64,000 bases of DNA from Tubulanus polymorphus (Eukaryota; Animalia; Nemertea): NCBI RefSeq assembly GCF_964204645.1, contig NC_134033.1, positions 10,982,655 to 11,046,654 of the forward strand, read 5' to 3'. Position numbers and translations under genes: made by a program. Under the pieces are notes generated by a model. It searched no databases, was not told where the DNA came from, and saw only the letters and a program-made list of their open reading frames with translations. Of this stretch, positions 39,701-53,803 are shown piece by piece; positions within the stretch are counted from its first letter, which is position 1, and every line of letters starts with the position of its first letter.

Positions 39701-42700
39701 CTTATATCTGAAGTGTGACATCTGAGAATAAGGTTTGTAGTTATCTTCTGATCATATTTGATGTGTGTAGTAGTTTAAAGAAGCCCCCAGTTTTATAATT
39801 GACATGCCAACTTTCACTATCCACAATTTTTTGAAATTTTCGGGCTGATTATAAGCTTTCGTCATTACCACAATGATTCGGCACTATATCAATGGATCCC
39901 CTATTCAAGTCTTATTATGAAACGGGCCTGGGATTTTAAACTGATCCTGATTCCCCAGTTTTTTTATATCAGTAAGAAAACAACATCCGAATAATTTCCA
40001 ATGCACAAACTCGTGTGAAAAGCTTTTTGACTGTAATAAAATGCATGCTTCCCTTTTCATTGAATCTTAGCTGTGTGCTCTCACAATATTACAAGGTCAA
40101 GGTTGGCTTGCTTAGAAAAATAGGGAGGCATAAATTCAGATGATATTAACTGAAGTGAAAATTGAATAGATTCTGAAAATTCTAATCAAGAAATAATTTC
40201 ATCAAGTTCCCATGTGTCACCAGCTCCACTTGGACACAAGAGTGAACATGAAGTCATGATTCTATATAAAAAATCTAAAAAAGTTAAAGTTAAATCTAAA
40301 GAGTCGAGAAAAACTACTTCGTCAAATTTACTTTCATTTGGAATCATCACTCGTGAGTCTAAATTCAACAACAACTGTTGAACCGGTCAAAGTGTTGAAC
40401 GTAAACCGGGACAAAGTTTCTCACAATTGTGCAGTTTACAATCGAAAACATCAGAATTTGTTTGAATCATATTAGGCTTATCAATTGTGTAACTCGCTGG
40501 TCAAATTTAACTCAAAACTAGAACTAGGTCCTTAACTTTTGGCGATGATGATTAAAAAATCAAATTAGCTGATTTTCATGGGGAGTAAATTAAATGATAG
40601 TATTTATATCTAACACAAATAATCGTAGATATATTTGTATTTTTGGTGATGGTATTTGATTTTCAATTTTGTCTTTCTCTGTATTAGGCCCGACGCTTGT
40701 ATAAACAAGTGTATTGTGCATTTTTCTTTAAAATTTGACAAAACCCGTTTTGAAAAGAGGAGACGAAAGTGCATCATTTTTAAAAGTAGACGAACGTTTA
40801 TGATTGGCTATAAATGCAAGGTATGGAGGACAATATTGAAAATATTGTGAAATTATATTGCGACAGATTGTAGTGTAGCACGAGCAGTAGTTTACGCTTA
40901 ATGAGGCTTTTTCGCTGGCAGGGCCTACCTGGCCAAAAACTGGTTTTCATTTTTTCATTCATATGTGCTTGTAATTATATTTTGTCTATATATACACACA
41001 TGTATAACAATGCATATAAATATGATTATATATCTAGATATATATATATATATAATATTTATATGTATGTTTATATTAATGGTTACAGTAAGCTTCGTTG
41101 CCATATGTAATATATATATATATACATATATGTATATTTATATATATATATATGTGTATATGTATATATTTACTTTACTATAAACTCTGAGTTGAAAAAG
41201 TTTCACTTCTTGATCAGATAAGAAATGACGGATTATGAAAATAAAAAGATAATTATGATATAATTGATAATTACAATAATTATAATAAATAATAATTATG
41301 ATAATAATAATAATACAATGATATTATCAAATCACCGGATTCAGAGTTCGTACGATGTTTATGTACAATTTTATTTTCGTTTTTACGGCTTAAATTTGGC
41401 TGCATGGCATTATATATATATATATATACATATATGTGACCTAAAGGATGAAGGACCCAATGCAGCGACAGTGGCGACAACTAGTGGTGTCGTTCGCAGA
41501 CGCTGATGAAGAGGTTTCTTATTTTCGGACAGTCTGTCTCATCATTTTTACTGTTATCTCTTTCTCTCCTCTCGCTCGGCGCGCTAGAGTGTTGCTAATA
41601 ATGTGTTCCATTCTGAGTGACAAATTCTTGATTTTTCTGGTCACGTTTTTTTTAACACCTTGCACTTTTTTGGAAAATGTAGTTGCACCAAAACTCAACG
41701 CTCGCAGACGGCTCTTAGAACCAAAAAACAACCCGCTCTGCACCGCAACAAAGTTAACCGATGCTTCAACGCGCATAGATAACATGATTTCGATGCAGGT
41801 TGCATGACGACTGTAAGTCCCACCATTGAAACGACCGCCATATTGACAATATCCCCGTATGGCCGGTCAGCTATTGACTTACCGATGATCGGAAATGATT
41901 TTTCATACGAAAAAAGCTATTTTCATTTATGCTGGATTTTATTTTCCCATAGCAACGCATATTGTTACCACGTCACATGGCAACATTAAACTGATCTCAC
42001 TTTGCTCTTAAATCGAAATTTTACTATTTCCAATATCTAACCGTATTACCATATATTCCTCGGTGTTTTTGTATCCAAGCGCTTGAATTGTTGCCGTGGC
42101 GTTCTAGTGTTGTTAACATGGTAACTATGGTTGCTATGAGCTTATAGCTGGGTGATTGCATTGTTGTCGCAGACGTCAATATCATTATTATTATTATCAT
42201 CATTATGATCAGTGCATTTTTTTTGTTTATTTTCGCTTCGACAATATTTCTTTCGAGAAACTCCGCTTGGATTCTGTACACTGTCAGTACAATACCGCGC
42301 TGTGCTTTCAACCACGCATGTGTCATGTTAGAGGCAGTTTTTGCAAAACGCTAATTTTCCAACTTCCGGTGTGTCTACCTCGCCGGAAATCGTACCCTCA
42401 AAGATCGAGATAATCCCTGATTTAATTTTCTACGTACAGAAAAATTGTCTGTCCTTTCTGGAACTTTGCTGAACTCAATGTGCTGAACTACGTCACCGTC
42501 CTGTCATGAAAAGTGGTGCCCCCTATGTAGGAGAATCATGATTTAAATGCTGAATTTCATTTGTAAAATGTAATGCACAAATTCGAATCATAATTGCGAC
42601 ATTTTGTCCGCGGTAAACAACATCAAATACACTGGGAAAGAAACACTCAGATAGAGAGTGAGTATTGGGTGGACCAAAAGTCATCTATGCAAAATGCAAA

Positions 42701-43900
42701 GCTGCTTGGCCGATTTTGTAATAACGATACTGCGAACACGCTTTTCACGGTTTATTAATCGCGTGTTTTAACACAGAAAGGACATGAAAAAAAGCCCTTT
42801 TCAGTAATTAAACATCCACACGTGAATTCACTATGAAGCAAAACAGTGCTGATAAATAAATATATCATTAACGGGTCGTCTTTTTCGAGAAAGGGGTAAT
42901 ATCGTCGCCATAGTCCTCTTTTTATCAGAGATAGACACACCGGATATGGATGTAGCCACAGTAAAATGTGTAAAAGCTTATATCCGTATAAAATGATGAA
43001 GAGTGCAAAAAGAACAACCGAAGTCTTTCATTAATTAACCCCGGTGTGCAGAGAAATGATTATGATAATTGTGTTGATAAAAACTAAGTCGAATGTTGTA
43101 CGTGGCTTTGGCAGTTTCCAAGAAATGGGAGTGTTTATAACCAGAGCAGATTTTCAACAAAAAATCGTTGCCGTATTCTCTTTTTACGATGAAGAAAAAA
43201 AATTAAATATTTGTTTCACCATTTTTTCTGTTTATTTTCTACGATATAATATTATAGGCTATTATATACATGTATTATATATAAGAACCAAAACCACCGG
43301 CATGGATCTGAAAATGATATACTTGAATATAGAAACATTCTACTTTTAGTTTATTCGACCCTCCCTCGAACCTTTAGACGCAAAACTATTTTCCGCATTA
43401 TTATGATAATGTAGATGAACGACCTAGAGTCGTCGCACAATGACCTTGCCATTGTCGCAGACGGCACCGAGGTGCATTATAAGTATGTTTATGAACTATA
43501 TATATCATATAAGATTATGAATCTTTCTTTGATTTTTTTTTCTGATTTGAAATTCATCTCCCTTGGCTTTGCGCACGCGCGTCGCTAAAAGTTCCCGATT
43601 TCGATCGGGTCAAGGACGTTTGCATTGCGTAGCGACGATCGATTGATATATAGTGTGTCATGAAATACATGTAGTAGAATTTAAAAAGAAAATGTCGAAC
43701 TTAACATTTTGAAAACTGTGATGAACTTGAATTCAGACAATACATAAATACATACATACAATAAGTTTTTAATATTTATTTTTTTAAATAGCGAATTATT
43801 ATTATTAGTAAAAAGGGAAAACGCTCAGTTTTTGTACGTTTGAATGTAATGATAATCGTATATTATATAAAACATATTTAAAAAAAACATTTATTGACAA
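33548..43900 (+). other. Putative very long 3' UTR of mbl (end uncertain)
   Basis: No credible ORF or exon for ~10 kb after the stop; AU-rich with many UGUA tracts; AATAAA near 36.8, 40.0, 41.2-41.3 and 44.07 kb. Confidence 0.45.
37309..37418. mobile_element. ~110-bp palindromic MITE family copy (ggacccagttccacagttgtgagtta...taactcacaactgtggaactgggtcc)
   Basis: Same family at 52336-52445, 62081-62189, 14016-14114, 37443-37550. Confidence 0.8.
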
Positions 43901-44489
43901 TAATCTTCAACAAATCGTAACGAAGATTACTGTGGATGATGATGAAAAAATGAGAATATTATTTGAGATAGGAGGAGGACATTTGAAAGCATAGAACGTG
44001 TGTTTAACGACATTTGATTGTCCATACAGCGCCCTCTGTGGAATACTGTGTAAATTATGAATATGATTAAAAAATAAAACAGTCTCTAATCTATATATAC
44101 AAACGATAGTTACGTAGTTTCTCATTGGCGGCGCTGAATCTCGGAGGCGACCGATATACGACTGGCTAATTGGATGATAATGATAATCAACGTATTTCGG
44201 ATGTGGAGATTGGTTACGAAAGGAAGTTGATGAAACAATAACCATAGCCAAAGAGATGATTATCATACTACAAAGACCTCGTATCTTGCTAGGTTTAGGG
44301 TCACGAGCGAACTAGGGTTAGCGTTACGGCTGAGGTGTCCCGGGTTCGAACCATTTAATGACTGATACTGGTTGTGAGTGGTCATGATTCTGTATAAAAG
44401 ATGTGCAACTCGTAGATCGCGATCAAGACATCAGTTTTAATGTCAAATTTCTGGAGGAAAATCCTTCAATTCTATACCACTTGACAGTG

Positions 44490-44740
44490 TTCTACCGCAA
44501 TAAATCATGTAAAAATATCATAATAGTAGAATTTAAGTTCTTCGGTTACAGTCAAAAGTGGACTTTTCTCAGGACCGGATTGGCCGCGCATAGAACACTA
44601 AAGTCTTCAGATGCAACATTGAATTTCAAATAGATATCCTGCAGTAGACACCTTGAATTGTGCCATCATTGTGAAATTCCTAGTAATAGGTGTGATACAT
44701 ACTCTTGTAATCAGAGATTAAGACAGGGTACACAGTGACT
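44490..44740 (+). repeat. Dispersed repeat, second copy at ~57760-58010
   Basis: Shared collinear blocks aaatcatgtaaaaata, ggccgcg(c/t)atagaacac, gaaattcctagtaatagg, cagggtaca. Confidence 0.75.
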
Positions 44741-46734
44741 ATAATGTACACTATATGGGCTGATAAGAGTGGAGGGGGAGGGTTACCGTCAACTCGTCGT
44801 CCCGTTTTCCTTCTTGATAGCAGACACAGAACACGTGGCTTGCCCTATCCCAAAAATACCCAGAGATGAATAGAGTACGGTGTATTGTTCATTGATGCGG
44901 CGGTTATTGTCATTTCTTAAGAATAAATTCTCAAATCTACCAAACCTTCGCCTTATTGGACTGTACATTAACGTATATTTTACAGGGAAAACTAACTGAT
45001 CCCCGTCCCTTGCCAGATGGGGGTCGATTAGTGGACACGCATCGGGGAAGCTAGTATAAACTATTAGTCCGATTCTACACCCGAGCCCCAGACGCAAGCC
45101 CTGGTTCTCCAACACCAACCTCTTACTCCACATGACCTCGAACTCCTCTCAATATTTCGGAAGATGACTATCATCAGGATATAATTGAAACGTTGAAATA
45201 AACTAGTAGCTCAATGAATTTGGACTCATCGTTCTTCTTTTTGTATTATGAGATTTTACCGCACTACCAATTTCTGATTGGTGAATGATGCAGTTTATCC
45301 GTTACTCAAGCCAAATAGATAGCACAGTAATTAATAAATCATTGATAACGAATTATTATCACAGATTTCTTTATACCTTAGAATAGGGATTATCTCTGTT
45401 ATTTATTTCGTTTGTTCGTTATTTCGTTGGTAAATTTCGTTTGATTTTCATGATTTGGTGTCCCTTACAAATCCACCACACCTGCCGGGAGCGAAACAGG
45501 GGGTTTTGATTTTGAAATCGAAGTACAGATATTGTTGTGTGATCGGCGGTCGAGTTTACAGAATTTTTGTTCTCTAAATCCAAGCACATAATTGGGAAAT
45601 TCGGTTCCGGTTCATTCAGAATTAATTTTACAACCAGTCTGAACCGGCAAGCGACTGATTGGGGTTAACTTTGTTGGCTGCCTAACTTAATATCGAGAGT
45701 TTGGAGATTACTATATTACAAAGTTGAAGATCATTTTTGTCCATTTATATATTTTTTGGTCTCGTTTTCTACGTGTATCGTAGATTTTTCTCGGGTAGAT
45801 GTTGATGTAGAAATCCTCTAAATTGAAAGTCCCGCGAGTTGACTAGATTAAAAGGAAGCACATTTCGTAACGCAAATTTCCAGATGAGAGTACGGTCCTG
45901 GTATCCGAAGAGTAGTTGGTACGTATGACATCGACGGTGCAGCTCCGATGAGGATGGGTTTCTCCGTCAAGGGGCGCAGTTGGATCTTCACATCTGGTAC
46001 TGAGTTTGCCTAAAAGTAAAAGTTGGAGACGGTAGCAGTTTGATATATTGACATATATGTTTGTACAATTGCGTATGTACAGTCTTGATCGGGTTTTTAT
46101 TTACAGTTATAGTAAAACGTACACACCGCTCCGATGGTTGACTGACAGTTCTATGCGTAATGAAAGACCGTCAGTGAATCATTAAGGCGGTGGAGCCCGG
46201 TTAATCAATTGTCACAATTATGTTTTGGTAGTTTTTAATGAGACCGGTGTCAGGAGGCAACTTCCCAGTCACCAACGTAGGCAGTTTTCCCGCGGGAATG
46301 ACACTGAGTTTACACAGTCGAAACATCAGAAACAAAAAAAACTATGCGAGCACGTGATATTATAAAACACAAGTCCTATGCGCATTGAAGACCGTTATCC
46401 ATGTTCATTTTAAATGAGAACATACCTCAAGTGTCAAAGCCATCATTTAGCCGCGTGGACAGATCTTGAACGCAAAATGCTGCCCCTAATAATAATATCT
46501 AAAATAATAATATCTATTTACAGTCCATCACATAAAATATCTCAACAGACTTTACAAAAACATTAGACAATTGACAGATATATTGAAATATTGCTCAATA
46601 CATTCATATATTCATACTATTTATCATTAACGGTCAATATATGAACTAACTACTGTACGGTATTCCAACTGCGACACGCGAGTTAGTTTTCAACTAAAAA
46701 CCATAATCAGAACTATTGTTTATATATTTTTGTG

Positions 46735-46848
46735 ACGCTTGTCTGGACGTCAAGGACAGGACAATCATTTAGATATTTCTGTACGCTTGTCTGGACTTCA
46801 AGGACAGAACAATCATTTATATATTTTCATACGCTTGTCTGGACGTTT
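46735..46848. repeat. 48-bp tandem repeat (acgcttgtctggac...), ~2.4 copies
   Basis: Starts at 46735, 46783, 46831. Confidence 0.8.
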
Positions 46849-47049
46849 CGAAATAGTCGTCCATTTGGGAAGCGTTAATATAAGCGTCAAACGTTTATCG
46901 ACCGTCTGCCGCCGCAGCAGCACCGAACCAGTCGATAGAGCGAGAGCTTACCAGACGACATTGGATGTGTAAACAGTTACTGCGTCAGTACAACACGACA
47001 GAGACTCACTATAAAACATTAACTAAAACTCTATCACGATCAAAGCAAC

Positions 47050-47342
47050 ATGCCCGAAACAGGTTTGACGCGCCTACGTTCGGTCACTAGGCCTTTAATA
47101 GTGCCGATTTCTCGCGGAAATAATTATGACTCCAGTCGTAATAGTAGTAATAACAGTACCGATCGCGCTGGTGGCGGTTATTACAACAAGACGAATAATT
47201 ACTTGAACGGCAATAATAGTAACAACTTCTACAACGTCGTCGACAGGGCATCGGTGAAAAGTGATTCGTCAACAAACAAACGTTGGATTAACACTAAGAA
47301 GAAAAACTACAAGAAGATGTCCAGAGAAACCAATATCGATCG
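47050..47342 (+). CDS. Plakin-like gene, alternative first coding exon 1a (Asn/Ser-rich, MPETGLTRLR...ETNIDR), ends phase 2
   Basis: caacATG, 293-nt open frame ending CG|gtgagt; phase matches exon 55103. Confidence 0.65.
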
Positions 47343-48029
47343 GTGAGTATAGGTGTTGATTACGATCACTGTTTGAATCAGAGATTTTCCCTTATCTCCC
47401 AGCGTATAGGCCTAAACCTTGTTTTTCAGGGTGTTCTCGGGGAGGAAATGCTTTATGCAACAAGCCCCTTCTGATGTTTGCTCTAGTTGTGCTGGCCCTA
47501 TATAGTCCTATTTCTGCACGTATTTTGAAATACATGTAGATAGATATTTATGTTGTAGTGGAACAAATATAGATTGCTAATTACGATGAGGTTATATTTC
47601 TTAATGAAACCAAAACTAAGAACAGTCAAGAAGAGTCAGATATTCACCGGGGCAGATGCACTGTTACAAAATATTCATTCAAGTTTCTTCGATGATAGTG
47701 TTATCATAAACCGCCGGTCCCCGGGTGGGCCATAAACACCTGACAGCAAATAACAACGTAGAAATCAGTTAGAAAAATTAACTAATCGTAACAAAAGTGT
47801 TTTTATTATATTTGATACATACATATTCAAATGACACTGTCATCCTGTCTGGATATAGAGTCTATGTTGTGTTCAAACGAATGATACATTATTATGCTAA
47901 ATAACCAGATGTCATTTGCACCGCATATATCAAATATTGTACGCATTTCTAATATAGTTATCTATATTCCAAATTATACTGATTGAATTCATTCAAACGA
48001 GTCGAATGCAAAGGCTGGGCATAAACCTT

Positions 48030-48127
48030 GGTCGCACTGGGGTGGTTTGTTACCCTGTTCGCACTGGGGTGGTTTGTACCCCTAGTCGCACTGGGCTGGG
48101 TTTAACCTGGTTGCACTGGGCTGGGTT
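48030..48127. repeat. ~26-bp tandem repeat (gcactggg..gg.tt), ~4 copies
   Basis: Direct inspection. Confidence 0.75.
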
Positions 48128-50009
48128 GTCGGCCAAGTATTTCCTCGAGTTGAGCTGCATTGACAATGATGTTCAGGGTCGGAACCATAGAAAAAGACAT
48201 TGGGGGAGGGGTGGGTTCTGAAAAGGTAAGTGCAACAAGTGCCGAAAAATAGAAGCCTTCAGACGCAATTTCCTGCTGATACATAGACGACTTGACTACA
48301 AACGATTAACGCGGCTAAATTACGATCAGTTTCGACTCTGATCGACGAAGAGATCTAAGAAATACAGTAAAACCCGTTAAAATCCGGATCGGCTTAATCC
48401 GGATTTTGGTCTAATCAAGACAATATTTTGCAGTCCTTCGATATACGAGAAAATGACTTATTTAATCAGGATTTCCCTTTAACGAGATAAATTTTCAGGT
48501 CCCAAGAGGAATGGACATGTTGAGCTAATTGGCAATACGGACCTGCGTGCATATTTTGGTAACTTTGTTTATCGAGTGCTCAATGTTAACTGCGCCTCCT
48601 GTGATATTAGAATAGATAGGTGTTCTCTATATAGAACTGCGCGTTTCGAAATGAAATATTAACAACAGCGCCTAAGAGTTCTAAGTTTTTCGTTTCTGAC
48701 GTAGAGAGGTGAAATTATCGTTTTTCGATAAAACACTTAACGGTACATATAACGTATTTCATATCGCCCATGTATATAAGCACCTGTCGCTTCCGTTCAA
48801 TCGTTATACTAAACCAGGGCAAAGTGCGCGCTGCCTCGTGATATATAACTCGGGTTTAGATAAAGCGTCAATTCTGTACGGAATCACGTCTCGGGATAGA
48901 TGGGGAAAGTCTGGAAGTCTAGGCTGGGGTTATTCCTGCTATTACTAATTTGACTCATACAGGTCGCACGCCCGAAAACGTGAGGGCGTTTACAGGTTTG
49001 GGAAATGTATGAAAAACCTCCAGCAAAATTCCTGCGAATTCCAGCAATTTCGTCATCGAAAGTGATTCACAAATGTAGAATTTTCTAACATTCCATTTAT
49101 ACGTATAAAATACCAATCTAGAATAACATACATTTAAACATTTTGGACAAAACATTTTCTTTTCATTTTCAAATGAAAACCCGTTTGTCATTTTATACGA
49201 ATGAATTTATCGCGTCATTTATTCTCAGCACATTCCGATTGAATGTGGGTGTCTCGAGGACTATCTTGTGTTTATGCTCGAATCGAAATGAAAAGTCTAA
49301 AACAAATCATTTTTGTAATATAACAGGAAGACTTCCTTAGCATTATTTATTTTACAGTTTTTCAACGCTACAAATTTCAAGATATACGCTTCATTTTAAA
49401 CATATTAGGATGATTAAGCAGTGCTTAAAAACGCTCAAAATGCTTGGAAATTAGGACTAATTTTCTGGGGGGGGGGGGGGGGTGACCAGGTAATGTTTGT
49501 TTGTTTTTTGGACCATAGCCAAACGAACTCGCCACAACAACATGCACCGAACCCGGTTCATGGTTTATGGGCCCGTTATTCATATTTGAATCTAAATTCC
49601 GGTTAATTAGTTCACTTTAAACATTTTAACTATTTAACGGATTCCACATTCCAATAAAGCAAAATACACTAAAATGCGTACTGTACTCCTTAATGGAAAA
49701 TCACTAGGGATTGTCAATTACTAGTTTAGGAACCCGCTGCTAGTGATTCTAAATTGCACTCTCTCCAGTGAAAGGCGAAAATGTCATCTACGTAGAACAG
49801 GCCCGTAGCGTGGGAGGAGGGGGATGGTTTGGTAAAAGGGGGTTACGCAGAACCGCCCAAAATCCGAAAGTTGTCCGCTTTTGAAAAATGAACTTGTAAC
49901 ACTTCCGCTTGCTGGCCTCCTCGGTCGCTGGGAGTATAGAGACGCTAATAGAGAGAGCAGGCGTCTATGCATTATTTAAAAACACATTTACACATTCAAT
50001 TTTTTCAAA

Positions 50010-50223
<214 letters not shown>

Positions 50224-50446
50224 TATGTAAATTATTCTTTAGATATTTCTAACAGGTTTCACGACTGCGAATGACAGCTAAAGAGTCGTCCCTTTAGAAA
50301 ATCATAAACCAGTTTTCGTTTTTAATTCGATAGTTTTTAGTATCTGCCGCGTGTTCGCGACTACCTATGATTATAATAGAATATATAGGTCTATACACAT
50401 TTTTACTCATATATTAACATAGATATACGAAGTGATTTCTGATAAA

Positions 50447-51191
50447 TCCATGGATCTCACAGCCACTGTTCCCTGTGTGATCCATGGATCTCACAGTCAC
50501 TGTGCCCTGTGTGATCCATGGATCTCACAGCCACTGTGCCCTGTGTGATCCATGGATCTCACAGCCACTGTGCCCTGTGTGATCCATGGATCTCACAGCC
50601 ACTGTGCCCTGTGTGATCCATGGATCTCACAGCTACTGTGCTCTGTGTGATCCATGGATCTCACAGCCACTGTGCCCTGTGTGATCCATGGATCTCACAG
50701 TCACTGTGCCCTGTGTGATCCATGGATCTCACAGCCACTGTGCCCTGTGTGATCCATGGATCTCACAGCCACTGTGCTCTGTGTGATCCATGGATCTCAC
50801 AGCCACTGTGCCCTGTGTGATCCATGGATCTCACAGCTACTGTGCTCTGTGTGATCCATGGATCTCACAGCCACTGTGCCCTGTGTGATCCATGGATCTC
50901 ACAGCCACTGTGCTCTGTGTGATCCATGGATCTCACAGCCACTGTGCCCTGTGTGATCCATGGATCTCACAGCCACTGTGCCCTGTGTGATCCATGGATC
51001 TCACAGCCACTGTGCCCTGTGTGATCCATGGATCTCACAGCCACTGTGCTCTGTGTGATCCATGGATCTCACAGCCACTGTGCCCTGTGTGATCCATGGA
51101 TCTCACAGCTACTGTGCTCTGTGTGATCCATGGATCTCACAGCCACTGTGCTCTGTGTGATCCATGGATCTCACAGCCACTGTGCCCTGTG
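50447..51191. repeat. 34-bp palindromic minisatellite, ~22 copies (tccatggatctcacagccactgtgccctgtgtga)
   Basis: 745 bp / 34; near-identical units, no unique spacers. Confidence 0.97.
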
Positions 51192-52335
51192 CGTACGTAA
51201 TAGAAACCTAGAAACCGCGTTTTTACGATAATTACGGTACAAACAATAAATTGATCGCAATAATTCTCGATACATGTAATTCACTTTCGACGATTTGATT
51301 GAGTAGCATTTTGAGAATCTGTGCCACCGACGTCGTTTAATACGAACTGTGACAAATCAGACCCATTAGACACCCCTCCCCTCACCCAAAAAACGGCGTT
51401 ACCGACTAGAACATATAATGGTACCGCGTTAAAGCGAAATTCGTGATTTGAATTGCTGAATATGTTGGCAATAGCAGAAAAATATTCATAATTGATACAA
51501 TCAGGATGAGATTGATGATAAAAAATGAAATGATGATAAAAAAAACTCGTCCTGCTAACAGTGCACGGGCAACACTTCAAAGGCTGTGGTCCCGACGTGA
51601 GGTTGAATGAATAATCCAATAGGGTTTAAGTCTCAGGGGAATCAAGATCCACAAGACGCGAAGCAAGATAAACATAAACATGATTTGCTGTATTGTTTAC
51701 ATATAGGAATTTGTTACATGTTATATTTGGAAATGTTTGGTTTGTTTATTATCTGGAGTTAAGATGACAAACATGAAACGTAAAATAACTGATTGAATAT
51801 TTTTTAAGGATTGAAACGAACTCTTGAATTTTTGAAATTTCACTACACCGGGATTCTTCCTATAATATTATTCTATGTGCAACAACAAACAACTGGCATT
51901 GCGTGAACAGTCTATCCTCCTACTCCCGCGGAATACGTTAATATCTAACAAAAAGAAACAATTCTAATTCACCGGATTTAAAGAGGCATATATATTAATT
52001 TTTCAAATTAGCTGAACTGCTAGGTCAATGATGATAATCGATATTTCTTTATTCAGTGAGGTCAAGGTCAACAGTCAACGCAAATTTATAGAACGAAAAC
52101 AAAGTAGATTTCGACATATTTTTCTAGTATAGAAATTAATTAGTTCACGAATATATTCACCTGCGATTATTAATTGCGCTATGATCGCGTTAAGCGAGTC
52201 GAGCGCTGTAACGAATCAATCATGTTTACCTATGAATCATAAGCAGATCTATAATATTCACTTCGGTTGTTCACTGAGAAATCACACTAATAAACTCCAT
52301 TAGAAATGGGGTATTCATCGCCAAATTAGTTTTCA

Positions 52336-52445
52336 GGACCCAGCTCCATAGTTGTGAGTTAGAGTTAACTCTGAGTTAAAGTTAATTTATTTTCGATGAG
52401 TTAACTCTGAGTTAAACCTTGACTCACAACTGTGGAACTGGGTCC
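52336..52445. mobile_element. ~110-bp palindromic MITE family copy
   Basis: Near-perfect terminal inverted repeats. Confidence 0.85.
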
Positions 52446-53675
52446 AGGGGATTTCTAGAATGCGCGCTGATCTAGAACACCAATTTCTTTTTTTATAAAA
52501 TAACATTCAAAACATTAATTATGCAAATTAAAACGACTGCTCTATTTGCGAATATGATATTTGAACAATGATAATGATATGGACCCAGCCTGCCAATTAG
52601 GTATTCAAATTGAATTTTAACGATCAAACACTCGACACTCGAAACTAGTAACTGACTGTAACAGCTGTAAATATCATCTAAAACAGTTCGAATATTGTAT
52701 AACGAGATTAAATATTCTATCGGCCAAAACTGTTCGGCCTGATATGCCCGGTAGACGGTGGTCCTTCTTATAGGATTTGTAACAAAATTTCAAGGTTCAG
52801 TTTCATGGATCGGTCAAACCAAAAGCTGCGGGTCAAGTTTACACCCTGTTCAATGTCCAACTAAATGTACCAAACTTGCGAGTAACCCAGCTTGCAAAAT
52901 TCATCAGTTTCAATAACCTCATAACGTAGGGTAAATTTTCTAATTCCTTGATTCAGGATCAAGTATTGCATTATTCAACATAAATGCAGCATTCAACTGA
53001 TGAAGCCACTATAAGATATTTACACTTGTAGCGAAAGCTAAATGCATAACATATATTATCATTAATATTAATACGATTGATAAATGAACTGATTTTTTTT
53101 CACACTAGCTCATTAAAACAGTTTGAACCGGGTTTAGTCCTTAAAGAACTATAGACGCTAAACCCAGTCCCACATTCATGAAAATTGTACTTGAAGCTAG
53201 AGAATCATCATTTGATGTTTTACTTCGCCTTATTCAGGTCACGTAAATATCTAAACTTCAACTGTATATTCATGACATGGATACCACGAGGCAGCTGGTG
53301 TTGCGCGGTCAAACGTGATCACCGCTTGACCCGTAGCCAAATACAATTCATTCTAGAGCCTGGATGGGTGAGGCTACCCTGATCTCTCAGTGTTCAGTTG
53401 ATAAGTCATCTGCCCCCTCCCAGGGGCTGCTGTGGTAACGCCTGTGTGAATTACGAAAACATTTGCTTTACCAATAAATGCCGGTGAAAATTGACATTTA
53501 TGCAATAATACACATATATCACGCGCGCTCGCGCGCACTATTGTCAACAAACATTTAACTAAACTGAGCGCACAGATGGCTCAAACCGAAGACAGCCATC
53601 TGGATTCGAGCGCCATTATTCTATCTATATGGCTCGAACCAGGCACAGAGCGGTCATAGTCTATGGTGGCAAAAC

Positions 53676-53803
53676 ATGGAGGTGTTTATCATTGTATTGT
53701 ACTGTTTCTGTATGTTGACTCTGACCATCGCCGTCATTCCTGTCATGGTGTTTTTACGGTCGAAACACTTCGTCGGTCGAAGGCGGCTGAGTTCCAGACG
53801 ATC
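53676..53803 (+). CDS. Plakin-like gene, alternative first exon 1b encoding a TM anchor MEVFIIVLYCFCMLTLTIAVIPVMVFLRSKHFVGRRRLSSRR(S), ends phase 2
   Basis: aaacATGG context, ~24 hydrophobic residues then a basic cluster; TC|gtaagt; frame not in the ORF track. Confidence 0.7.

Noticed and set aside
44300-44355. tRNA gene (GGTTCGAACC T-loop motif); similarly 55748 and 58076
   Set aside because: No complete cloverleaf; at most SINE-derived
50256-50273. Acceptor ttctaacag as plakin exon 2
   Set aside because: Phase-2 frame stops after 5 codons and no donor follows; acceptors near 54713 and 54796 also stop immediately in phase 2
50447-51191. CRISPR-like palindromic repeat array
   Set aside because: No unique spacers, units abut directly, no cas genes, eukaryotic intron context
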